From the NCBI RefSeq assembly GCF_902459465.1, contig NC_047068.1, forward strand, positions 19,530,001 to 19,594,000: a stretch of DNA of 64,000 nt, given 5' to 3'. This document shows, in pieces, positions 20,704 through 33,500 of the stretch; the stretch's first letter is position 1; each line of letters opens with the position of its first letter. The translations under genes were made by a program, and so were the position numbers. This DNA comes from Asterias rubens. Taxonomy: Eukaryota. The notes beneath the pieces are model-generated. The model worked only from the letters and a program-made list of their open reading frames with translations, made no database searches and was not told the DNA's origin.

Positions 20704-23700
20704 TCAACCCCACGCTTCACTCTTGCAGTAATGTAGGACTAGTTTTCCGTCACTCCCATAGCACTGAGGTAAAAAAGTAAAGAATAAAACAACCAAGTTT
20801 TGAAATAATGTGGGCTCATACAGTGACAAATTAATTTACATTCAACAGTCATACAAATAAAAAACAAAAATGTTAGGAATATATTTCTCATTTTCATTGT
20901 TTACTCCTTCATTTTTCCAACTTCATTCTGCCCGTCGTCTTTCTACTTGTAGGGTTTGAAACTTTGCTTGGTGCAAGGTCTACTGTTGAGTAGTGTTGTT
21001 TCTGAAAAGAACAGGAGGTTGGCAACCAGGAGATGTCAACCACCGGTACTTTACAAAAGAGATTTACACAGGATGGTGCTCATGGAAACCTCGCCTAATC
21101 TTTCTACTTGACAGTTCCTGTATACTTGTCTGTGTGTATTGGGTTAGCATTTAGCATTCAAGAGAAGGACTTTCCCAGGGTCAAATGTTTGTACAGTATC
21201 AGGCATGATTTTGGGATTCTTGGGAAAAAAGGTGGACAAAATATTCTGTGAGCACAAAGGCTGACCTACACATGTACTTGTTCATACAGTGCATGATTTA
21301 ATACATTTTTCAGGTTATTTAATGACAGGTTTCCCTGATTTTTCCCAAGGCAAAAACAAAAATCAGTTTAAGTAGGAAGATATATCATGTCTGATGTATA
21401 TAACTTTGAAAATCAACAAAAATAAAGTGATCAATTTCTACTGAGCTAAAAATACTTGCAAGGTGTGGCTGTTAGATTCTGAACGGATTCAAAAGCAAAC
21501 AACTTAGCCTTAATAGAGAAATTGCTGTACGTTGTGCAAGGGATTTTTTTTACCTCAAAGAGATTTCCAATTTCTTGATCTGGTGACGGAGCAAAGGCTT
21601 GATTTACATACAGGAACTAGAATAAGATCAACAAACATAAACATGGTAAGAGCAACTATAAATATAAATATTAATAGTAAACTTGCGGGTACAACCATGG
21701 GTTAGCAAATAAACATGGTAATGTAAACTGCCACACCATTGCAGATTGTGGACTGTCACTTGGTTGGAGGGACAGCTACATTATCACTGAACATGTTAAC
21801 CAACTAAAGCATCAAAATTGGATAAGGCCGGCCCAATGTAGTACATACAGTAGAACACAATACTACAACAACCGACAATCTGTTATACCAAAGAAGACTT
21901 CTGGCACTCAATTTTTTTTCAGAAAAAAGTCATACACAAGTGCCTGAAGGGCAATGTTATTTTTCAGATGAAAACAATAGAAAACAAGTTGAATGTCTAA
22001 AAATAGCAGATTGAAAGTGAACAGCTCACTAGCAGCCTAGCAGTACAGTCAACCCTTATTACAAATAGGTTCTGCAATCTCTGCTTATTAAAAGTACATT
22101 CAAAGTGATTTTCTACCTTCAGTACAGACATTTTCTGCTTTAAGAAAGAGTTTGCCCCAGGCAGTACAATACTCTTCAATCATTTGAAGGATGTACTCAA
22201 AAGGAAGAAGAACATTTTTACCACATGACACTGGAGTCTATAAAAGACCCAAATAACATTCTGATTGTTTAGAGATGTTAAATTTGCATCGGGGATCAGG
22301 AATATTCATTTTGGTTTTTACCCATATACACCGAAGTGTGTTGGCACGGTATACTCAGTACTTACCCAAGTTCTGTGAAAAATTACAGGCACACCACTTG
22401 GGCAGGCCTCAAACCCACTACCTTTGCAAAAACCCAAACCTTTGCAATTCTAGAGAAGTGTCATACCAACTGGACCACCGAGATAGCCCCGATTCGGGTC
22501 CTACACTAATGGTGTGCCTGTGATTTTGTATACGGAACTCGGGTCAGTCAGTACCAAGTGTTCAGTTGACAGTGCTAACACACATCGATGTACATGGGTA
22601 AAAACCAAAATGAATATTCTGATTGTTGTTTTATTTTACCAATGATTCAGAAGGTTCACACTTGATGTACTTCCTAATGAAGTCAATGACCCAGGCGATT
22701 TTCTTGGATTGGTCTACAGCCCATCTCTTCTTCTTCATAATAGGGGCATCTCCAGTTGCCCTAAGGAGTATGTCCACTAAAGAAAAAGGTAAAGCGGAGA
22801 CATTTAGTTAACATCAACAGTAAAATCAAAATGATTGCATTTGCAATTAATCACAGCTTAAATGGCAATGCACATGATGAAAAGTACATGTTGGGCGGGA
22901 CCCATGGATCTGCACAATCCAAAGATCGTGCTGCGTTTGGAGAATCTATTGTTCGCTTAGCTATTGATCGATTGCGCAACGAATCCTATGTTAGAGCTAT
23001 CGACCGATCGTGCAGGAATGGCGGCAACAATTTTGCTTGATAGACCAATCACACAGGATTTTTTTTTTGCAGGATTGCGAAGGAAAGGTTTCTGTAAAAG
23101 AGTAACAAAAAAGTTTAAAGGTAAACCAAGCCTCCCCTTCCATGATCAATTGAATTAGTTTATCATTGACAAAAAGGAATGCAATGTGGTTGTGATCGTT
23201 TCTGCAGTGCTAGTGCAAACTTGCTCTCTGTAGGCTAAGCCCCATCCATAAATTGGTCCAATACTATCCGTGTGGATTGGACCCATTTTAACGGGGCTAA
23301 CTTGCTCTCTGCTACTGCAACCAAACTGTTACTTTATGTAAATAAGATACAACATTTTCCATAGATTCCTAGACTAGAGTCTAGGTCATGAATGGTCATC
23401 CCTGGCATTTACATCCTGACTGAAGGACTATATCTATATATCTGCCAAGTACCGAAGTAGAAGGATCATCATTCTTTCTACCTTGTTCAATAAGGGAATC
23501 AATGTGTGGTGAACAGGTGAAAAGGTTTTCAACTAGTGGTTTAAACCCACCGAGGCCTATAGTTGTTGATAATTTTACCGAGACAAAGTCGAGGTAAATT
23601 ATCAAGAACCAGGCCTCGGTGGGTTTAAACCACTAGTTGAAAACCGATTCAACACACTTTGATTCCCATTCATAAATACCTTTTCGGTCAAAAGACATCA

Positions 23701-24325
23701 ACACTTTTTGGTCAACAAATAAAATAAATGCAAAAATTATAATTCAATTGTTCAATGATTTCTTTCAACACAACACCCCTCCAGCTATGAAATGGTAAGG
23801 CCCTCTGGTAAACATCTCCTTAAAAAGATTGCTGTGCGCATCACACGTAGCGCGTGATGTGGCACAACTATTCCAGCCGTTGCTCTCTACCAATATGAAT
23901 GAAGGAAACTGTCTTAAATAAAGCACAGGTGCAAGCTCACGTGTCACGCCCATGTTTCAACACTTTTTACTGGTGTTATATCATCCGTTCAAACACCCCC
24001 ACACGTGATGCCCTCTCGACCAATCAGAATGGATAAACTGTCTTAGGTATTTATGAATTCACATTTAATACTAAATGATAAAATAGGCCTTTTATTTTAA
24101 AGAATAAATAATAATATTATTATTAACACAACAATTAATTATAATAATATTAGTTATACTGGGTGAAACGAGTGGTAAATGCTATCTCATTCTCAAATTA
24201 CCCTTTTCAGACTTCTTCTTAACTGGGCTTGTCACTGTCTCTTCAAGTTTTCTTTTGTCTTCTTTAATTTCTTCATTTGCACGAAAATCTTTCACTTCTG
24301 CTGCTGCTGTTGTTGCATTCGCCAT
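20704..24325 (-). CDS. ATG12: Ubiquitin-like protein ATG12; complement(join(20704..20763,21554..21616,22640..22776,24202..24325)), 127 aa
   Basis: GT-AG junctions, 384 nt in frame. Peptide [21 protein letters not shown]...[40 protein letters not shown] with the conjugating C-terminal Gly. Confidence 0.97.
20950..21015 (-). mobile_element. Internally deleted copy of the stem-loop repeat in ATG12 intron 3
   Basis: Minus strand tgttct-tttc-agaaac-aacac...caccaagcaaagtttcaaaccctac shares the loop, the aacac flank and the 19-nt terminal motif. Confidence 0.55.
22300..22619. repeat. Two inverted SINE-body fragments in ATG12 intron 2 (family also at 49915-50060)
   Basis: gaatattcattttggtttttacccatatacaccgaagtgtgttggcac (22300-) is complementary to gtgctaacacacatcgatgtacatgggtaaaaaccaaaatgaatattc (-22619). 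Confidence 0.75.
23495..23670. repeat. Long foldback in a MITE in ATG12 intron 1
   Basis: ggttttcaactagtggtttaaacccaccgaggcct / aggcctcggtgggtttaaaccactagttgaaaacc, a perfect 35-bp stem. Confidence 0.8.
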
Positions 24326-24528
24326 CTTCTTGCATTATTTTAATTTGTGAATATTTTTTAACAGCGCCACCTAGTGGTGAAATAGGAAAAGGCAAGTTTT
24401 ATTGAAGTTGCCTTTTCCTCACCAAAACAACACAGACGAGGAAGCACACGACACAGCTCCAGAGAGAAGACGGCACTTCTTCAGGTTTAGACTTTCACTG
24501 TTGTTAACAAGTTGGCAAAAGCTGCAGG
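24326..24528. promoter_or_regulatory. Bidirectional promoter/5'UTR region shared by ATG12 and PITPNC1, with a CTCF consensus site at 24362-24377
   Basis: Only 203 bp between the divergent ATGs; the minus strand reads ccactaggtggcgctg, matching CCASYAGRKGGCRS. Confidence 0.7.
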
Positions 24529-27500
24529 ATGTTGATAAAGGAGTACAGAATATGCATGCCTCTTTCTGTGGAAGAGGTAAGAAAATTTGTCTTGTATTTG
24601 AAAAAAAATTAATAACACTTTAATCCGTGTTAAAGTTTTTATTATTTTTAAGCTGTGATAAGTGTGAAGCAAAACTGAGGATGGTACCGTCTGCAAGTGC
24701 AATGTTTTGCACCATGGCGGTACGGCTTGTTTTGGTTGGTGTTCTGAATCAATGAATGGAGGAAGACTGAATATGAACCCTCGGCAGCACGAGTATTCAT
24801 TGACAATGTTGTTGACAAGCATCCACTTATAAACGTAATCAAATATTATTATTGTCTCGCTATTTGGTGGAATGATACTTCTTTCTACCTCAGCTCAGTC
24901 AGGCTCTAGTTAGTTGTAAGTTGTTTTTCAGCTGTGTGTTATGTGTGTGTGTGTGGGGGGGGGGGGGGCGTGTGTAGTTTTTAGTGGAAATTGTTGTTGT
25001 GCATGTTGTGGGGAGGCGTGTTTTTTTCTACCTCCATGATTATGATAATACATAGGGGTGAGCTAGCTGAGCATAAGCAGTGACTGCTTTGTAGGACTGC
25101 ATGACTGATCATGAATAAGTATTTAATTTTGGCTACTCATGATGTCGTATTAGCCCCACTTGTGTGGTCAACCAAGGCTACCTGAATCTAGTTGTGGTAT
25201 TGTCGGCAGGAGGGTTACATTATCGCAAATCAGCTGAATCCTGCTCGCCTTGGCCAAACAAGTGGGGCTAAAAATAAAGTAATGTCGGCTGCTGATGTCG
25301 CTTGACCAGATCCGGATCACCTTTTGAATGTCAAAATACTTTAAATCCCATAACCGTCATTTTATAACGTGCATCTATTCTCAAGTAACAATTGCACTTG
25401 CAGTGTTTTTCAACCAAAATTTGTTGTATAAATTATGATCGTTTTCTCCGACAAACTCAAGAAAAACTGTCATTGACACTAATACAAGCTAGATCAAGTA
25501 CTACTCAAATTGGAACCAATTCTTAATGCATTTAAATAGACACTATTGGTAACTCAAAATAATTGTCAGCATTAAAATTTACTTAAAAATGTAACAAGCA
25601 ATGGAGAGCTGTTGACTTGATAGTATAAAACATTGTGAGAAACGGCTCCCTCTGAAGTAACAAAGTTTTTGAGAAAGAAGTAATTTACTGCTAAAATATT
25701 TGAATTTGATTTTGAGACCTCAATTAGATTTTGAGGTCCCAAAATCAAGTATCTGAAAGCACACAACTTTGTGTGACAAGGTTGTTTTTTCTTCCATTAT
25801 TATCTCGCACCTTCGACGACCAATTGAGTTCAAATTTTCACAGGTTTGTTATTTTGTGCATATGTTGAGATACACCAAGTGAGAAGACTGGTCAGTGACA
25901 ATTACTAAAGGTGTCTAGTGTCTTTAATTTGGGATCAAACACCACAGGGCTCCCATAGTTTCTAGTAAGTAAAAAGCCATGTCATCATTGCTTATTAGTG
26001 TGGTTGTACATTCCAAGCAATGTGTACACAATACAGTGAAATGGGTTGTGTGGATACATGTGGATGCAATATTAATCAGTGACATCCCTTAATGCATAAC
26101 GGCCGAGTCATCAATAAAGTTTTTTTGTCAATGTTATGCTGTTAGGCCAAATAACAAAAAATACCACTTGATCGTCCGGATTTTTCAAAAAAGAGGAGGA
26201 TGAGGGCCTTACTATTTACTATTTACTATTTTTTTTCAAGATGGTCGCTAAGTATTTCAAATCAAACAGGCCACCAATTCTTCAGTTTGAATCAACCACA
26301 AACTTATTTATACCTATAGTTGCATGAGGACCTGTGTTAACACTAACACTAACAGGGTCGGATAACACTAAACAGATTTGCTGGTAGGCATTCACTAATA
26401 TTGTTTTATGAAACAGATGGTTACAAGTGTTCGAGAGCATCAAGTTAGATTCGGGAAAAGCTCTTTTTTTCCCCTTTTTGTTCAAAAATTTAAAAATAGT
26501 AAATAGTAAAAAAAAGGATGCGGCCCCAAAAAAGGATGCGGGCGGGGATGATCAACTGGTTTTTTTTTTTTTTTGGCCTTAAAATATAAAGGTACACACA
26601 TAGTAGGCCTAGTACAATAAAAGTCACATAAAAGTTTCATCTGAATAGCCTATATTGTCTACTTGCTTAGAAAACAATAAAAACAAAGATGGCATTTTCA
26701 CAAGAACATCGATTCCATCCATTAGCAACGTACATCAATGGGTACCAACCGCATCTCTGGCCACATCATTTCGAACAGCCACCAATCCTCATTAATCCTA
26801 AACAAAAGTATCCATGCATTGTAAGATTCAAATGTTTTGGGATGACAAATTTTCTCGGCCATTTACTTTGAAGGAAATCTTTTGTCAAAATAATTGATTG
26901 CTCTTTAGATAGTGATTTATTCATTTATTTATAGGCAAACCCTCTAGGCAGGTGATTGATTGTTTTTGTGTGTTTTTTGTGCATAATTTGTTGTCCTTTT
27001 TTTCAGTCTTCTGTTTATTGTTTTGTATTACAAGTGTTTTAAATCCTGGATGAATAAATTAATAAAAGAAAAACTAAACAGCTGTTTAGTGCTTCTCACT
27101 CTAGTTAAACTTCAATGTTCTCACCAAGTATCATTCATATTCTTCCATGGTTCATGGTAACTCAATTTTGGAGTACTGTATTTTTACCAATTAATCACCC
27201 TACATGTGTCTATGCCCTTAAAGCCATTGGACACTTTCAGTAAAAAGTACTATCCAAGGCCCACACTTTGTGTATCACAACTTCTATATAAAATAACAAA
27301 CCTGTGAAAATTTAGGCTCAATCGGTCATCGGAGAATTGATATTGTTTTAATGTTTTCTTAAAAAGTAAAGCATTTCATGGAATAATATTTCAAGAGAAG
27401 TCTTTCACCATTACCTTCTGTAAACCCTGTAAGTTATTTGTAAATCTGTAAACTTTTATTTTGTTTTGTGTACCGAAAGTGTCCAATGGCTTTAAAGGGT

Positions 27501-30500
27501 AAATTTGTATATATACAAATTCCTTCCTCAATGCTTTATTTAGCATAGCGTGGTAACAGGCAGCGTGCAAGTTGTGAAGTCAAGTGTGAACAATTAAATG
27601 TCAATGCAAATTGTAAAAGTCATTAAAACGATGGTTGTTTGCATGATTGAGTGCAGAATCCTCGAGAGCATAATCGACTCCACACTTGGGTAAACTGTAA
27701 GTCAGTAAATGGCTCTTCACACACATTTCCTCTTGGAGACTTATATTAAAGGAAGTAATTTGGGGTTAGGGTTAGTATGTGATCTTGTCTGTTTTGAATG
27801 AAAGGCACTGGACACCGTTAGTAATTGAAAAATATAATAGGTCCTATAGGAAATTCTAAAGGAGGCCAACTAGCAATTCTAAAGGAGGCCAACTAGAAAT
27901 TCTAAAGGAGGCCAACTAGAAATTTTAAAGGAGGCCAACTAGAAATTCTCAGTGGTTTCCATTAGATAGATAGATTTATTTATTGTCCACGTTAAAAAAA
28001 CAGAAACTTGACATCCACTGGCCAAATACAAGACACACAAGCAATATTAGAATTATATAAATTACAAAATAAGTTAAGAAATACACTGCAAAAAAATGCA
28101 CCAGCCAAAACAACGCCAACCGGTCACATAGGACTTCAAGACATTTTTTTAAATTTTGGATGGGTGGGTCAAAAGAAATAACTGATTGGACGAGATTTCC
28201 CACTAATTCCTGCCCCTGATATATATAGTACTTTTTTTAATCAACATTTTATGAGAGAGCAGAACCTCAAAATACAAAACTAAAAACTGTTGTACAAAGT
28301 TTGATGTGCTTGCCAGTTTCATCTCTGAATATACAACAAGTGGTAAGAAACAAAAATCGTGAATATCACAGATTTACATTAAACCTACACGGTGTATGAT
28401 GATGATAGTAGAAAGCATCCCTTGAAATATTTCTGTCTGAAATGTCATATTTGATGAGAAATAAATAACCTAATTTCGCGTTTAGAGTTTATCGCTCAGT
28501 GAGCATTTTATTCATTTTCGTTTTGGCATCGATGTAATGCACTATTTGTAATCGGGTTTTCACTATTCTCTCATGACCCAGATGGCCGTTTGATCTCAAT
28601 TCTCAAACTTCTACAGGTTTGTCAGTTTATGAATATGGTGGATTACATAAAGTGCTTACACTTCCAGCAACTGTTTTGTAAGCAAAACCAATTCTGTAAT
28701 GTTCCTTTAAGCCAGGAACAGCTATTGAAAACTACTGGTTGGAGACCTTTGACCTAAAAGAACTGCATCATTTGAGGAATTACTTTGTTCTTTAGTGCAT
28801 AGATTATAATTTTTTAACATTGACTATAACAAATGGCCCCTAAGCCTAGGAGCACATTGATCAAGCCATGGATGAAGATTCAGTACTCTTGCACGCGAGA
28901 AGTTAGAGGAACATGTTGCCTTGGAACGGACGAGTTGGTCTATAAAAACCATTTGTAACCGTTTGTTATAAAATGCATTGGAAAGATCTTTAAAAAGTAG
29001 AATACAATGATCCACATAAATTTGCCTCGAAATTGTGTGGTTTTCCTTTTGCTTTGCGAGTCAAAAATTTGACTGTGTTAGTCGACGAGGTAAAAGGAAA
29101 ACCACACAATTTCGAGGCATGTTATTGTGTATCATTGTATTCTACTTTTAAAACAATCTTTCCAACCAATATGCATTTGATAACAAACGGTTACAAACGC
29201 TTTTCAAAGACCATCTCGACCGATCCAAGGCAATGTGTTCCTTTAAGCTGATCTGATGCACTGTAGATTATCAACTAAAGCAACAACACCTTTTTTTGGG
29301 TTATGTTTTTGTCGTGAAGAATCATTTGCTTGACTGTCTGAGGCTGCCCTGGATCATATTGCATTGCCAACCAACAATGTGCTGGTACAATAGTGCAATT
29401 AAATATTGAAGATACCATGCAATATTTATCTATAGTCAGCACTTTAAATAGTCATGGCAGTGTGATGCAATGTGAAAATTTACTTATATTATTTATTAAA
29501 GGAACGCTACAGAATTGGTAAGAAACAAAAATCGTGAAGATTACATAAAACTTACACGGTCTAATGATGATGATAGCTGAAAACATCCCTTGACACATTT
29601 CTGTCTGTATAATGTCATATTTGATGAGAAATAAATAATCTAATTTTGCGTTTGGAGTTTATCGCTTAGTGAGCGCTTCACTCATTTTTATTTTGCCATC
29701 AATGCAATGCAGAATTTGTAATCGGGTTTTCACTATTCTCTCTTGACCCAGATGGCTGATCGATCTCAAACTTCTACAGGTTTGTCTGTTTATGTATATG
29801 GTGGATTGCATAAAGTGCTTACACTGCTAGCAACTGTTTTGTTAGCAAAAACCAATTCTGTAATGTTCCTTTAAGTAATATTACTTATTACTTAGTATTA
29901 GAGGGCCAATAGAAATAAACTTTATTCATACCTCACTGGAGAAATTGACATGGCATTGACAAATAGAACTCGAATCAAGCTCCATGCATACCAAACGATC
30001 AGTAGCGAAAGCATACAGTTTTTAAACATTGCATAAAATACGCACACAATTAGTAAAATCCATACATAAAACAGCAAGAAGACAATTTATGAGTTTATTT
30101 GTTACGACAATTGTTTGTGATACAATGCGATGTACACAAATGTTAAACTTATGTCATGGATGGTGCGGTCATCTTGATTTTCTCTTATTCAAATCACTGT
30201 AGCCAAACCGAGGTTGGAAGGGGAAGCCATTTCCTTTTTGGTACAAAGAATATGAATTTTCACTACTGATCATTTTTTGTAATCAATCATGTTATTTGCA
30301 CACAAGGGAAGGGACTGTGTTTGGCCCATGCAGTGCCAATGTAAGGGATATTGTCCAGGGTATTGGAAAGGCTCAAATTGCAAAAGCAAACACCATTGAA
30401 ATCACCTCAAAGGAGCTTAAAACAATCATTGCTGGAAATGAAAGTGGTGGCTGGCTTGGCCATGTTTGTTTTGAAAACATCTCATGAAATAGAGTGGATT

Positions 30501-33500
30501 TACGCCTACCCATGCATGCATCCTGTGAGCTCAGCATTGGTTTTGTTGGACGTGTACATGAACTGCTTTTTCTAAAGATTCAGCATCTTCTTGGAAAGGG
30601 AACAAAGAAAAACAACCCACATAAATGTATTTGATAGATGTGTGATGAACAGTGTTAATGCATTGTTCGAATGTCAGTAACTGTAGCAGGCTATGTGTAT
30701 TATAATTAAAACATGTTGAGTAAGACCAATAATAACTCATTCCATGGCAGTGAAGTGAATCAACAGAAGTCCCCTCGATCCATTACGCTAAAACTAAAAG
30801 GCCAATAAAGCAGGACGGTTGTTTTCGGATGTCGTAAGAAGTCCCCATAAATTCTGAAATTCACTCCGCGTTAGTAAAATATTGCTCAGCAAAACAAGTT
30901 CTTACAAAAATCTGCATTAGTAAAGTAATACAATCATGGTGTTGCCCCAAAGGGGTTGTGCATGTACATTATGATTGCAAGTCAACGCTACTTCAATGGG
31001 AGACTGTTAGACGGTCCTTTTTCATAGTAGTGCGTGTGCTCAGACCTACTCGCCCAAACTGAGCATGTGCGCGCGCAAAAAGGGACCGTTATGTCTGCTG
31101 CCGCTAGCGTCTCAAAAGTCTCCTATTGATCAATACTGTTTGTTGTGGCCAGCCTGTGGAATTATTCACATCTACAGTATTGTCACTATGGATCATCAAC
31201 TTTTGTTTAAATATTTTGTGTGTGTAATATCATTGATTCGTTGTGCATTAATTTTTGCCAACATGCCTGATGGGGGAAGTCCCATGTGTTAAAATAACCC
31301 TATCGTGTCTGAAGTTACAACACGTGTCTGAAGTGCTTCCTTCATGTCCTAATACACAGAAATGTCTTTTTAAAAAGTAACAAGACAATGGTGATCACAT
31401 TTGGGTCCTTGAACTTCGCTCTTAAAGGGGCACAACAACTTCTCCGGGAAAAGGAGCACTTTTTATTGTGGGGAAAATGTTTTTATTTGATCCTTGAAGA
31501 GGGCGCACAGGGCACCGCGGCAATTGCTGGAAAAAACAAGCCTGCTTCCTGTTTAAAGATGCTACCTCTTTTTTTTCCCCCTATTTTTCCTTCTTTTTTT
31601 CCTACTTTTTTTTAAAACCAAAAAACGAAGCCTGACTATAACGATTTCAGACGAAAACAATTAATTTTGAAAAATAGCCAAATCGGTTGTAAACGTATTG
31701 GGTGGCCATTTAATTAAAAAAAGGCCTTCCAAAAACGCAGTATGCTATAAACATGTGTTTTTTTGCCTTACTTCCAAGCCTCCATTAATATTTTAATTCT
31801 TTTGCTTTCAATTAATTTCCAGACCATACAATGTAGAATAAATAATAAAACCATACGTGTGTACTGTGGTCATGGACCTGTACATAATTCCTACATATTA
31901 TTATTAATACTTCCTGGATTTCTCTATTATGAATCTTAAAGGTTCTGAACACTATTGGTTATTACTCAAAATAATTGTTAGCATAAAAACCTATACTTGG
32001 TAACAAGCAATGGAGAGTTGTTGATACATGTACTATAAAACATTGTGAGAAACCGCTCCCTCTAAAGTGACCTAGTTTTTGAGAAAGAAGTAATTTCTCA
32101 CTGAAATATTTGAATTGATTTTGACACCTCAGTTGAGGTTTCGAAATCAAGCACACAACTTGCGTGACAAGGGTGTTTCTTTCATTATTCTCGCACATTC
32201 GACGACCAATAACTGGGCTAAAAATTTCACGGGTTTGTTATTTTATGCATTTAGTTGAGATACACCAAGTAAGAAGACTGGGCCCAATTTCATGGCTCTG
32301 CTTACCGTAAGCACAGAATCGACACTTACGGAAGCAGGGAATTCTGTGCTTACGGCTAGCGTATTTCACGGGTTAGCGGCGAATTTTGGCTTCTGCGCGT
32401 GCATACTTCATGTTACTAGGCATTCTACGCTTACAAGGCTAGCGCAGAAATTTAGCTTGCACGTAAGCGGGGAATCGCGTTCGTAAGCGCAGAATTCGGC
32501 GGTAAGCAGAGCCATGAAATTGGGCCCAGGTCTTTGACAATTACCAAAGGTGTCCAAAGATCACATGCCATGAACTTCACTCCATAAGGGGCACAGCATT
32601 TTCCATTTGGTAAGGGGCAAACTGCTATTAGAAAAATGTTGATTTGTTTTGGAACTTTGCAAAGAACAAAGCAGCAAAAGCACAGGGCACCGCAGCAATT
32701 ATTGTGGGTGCTGTGGATTATTTCGAGGCCTGAGATCAACTTTAAGAACAAAATCACTCAAACCAATTTGAATAATGTATGTTTTGCCAATGTGCGTCAC
32801 CCATTATTGGTCATCTAAATAAAAAAAATAAAAAAATTGTTTTCCCCTCTGAAAGATTTGCTTGTCAGATATAAAAGGCTCATGGATCTATGCAGGACTG
32901 TTGGCCTTTTACTGAGAAGTAATGAAGTAATAATGAAGATGTGATGAGAGAGATGCGATAGCCTTGAGGGGGGACTGTAAACTGAGAGGGACTGTTTGGA
33001 AAAACAAAGCAATAGTGTGATGTGATCAATCTGAGTGAGTCATTTGTCGGAAATATCAGTGTGGGGAAAAAATTGAGGGGGCACCAGTCGCAACAATGTA
33101 AACTTGATGGAATGTTGCATAGTAACCTGTTTTTGCTAACCAAGATTTTCCTGTGCTTAGCAGGTTTTTGTGCTTGAACTTCATTCATTGTTCTAAAATA
33201 GTGAACAGTTGTGAGCAACTGGCTTATATTAACTGGCTTATTATTGTGTTCTAGATGCAAAATTAATGAACAATTTCCCTAGTCATTAGTCAATTTCCCT
33301 TGTTGTTTATTGCATTATATTTTAAGTAAATAGTCACATCCCCTTTAAGGCAGGGTCGTAGATTTGTAACTCCCAAAATAATGACAGTAAAAACGTACTT
33401 AGTTGTTATGATCATTGATCCTTTGGAGTGTAAACCAAACCGTGACCTTACCTTTAATAATATCTGTTTTCAAGGATCATATACGCCTGCTGGATGAAGT

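Noticed and set aside
21040-21110. Plus-strand aaaagagatttacaca as an inverted partner of the stem-loop repeat
   Set aside because: The match is short and lacks the stem-loop and the terminal motif; it may belong to another repeat, so an inverted pseudo-LTR arrangement is not claimed.
30296-30487. 63-aa ORF with protein-like composition in PITPNC1 intron 1
   Set aside because: No recognisable domain, no clear splice sites and a non-ATG start in the sequence (ttg at 30296).
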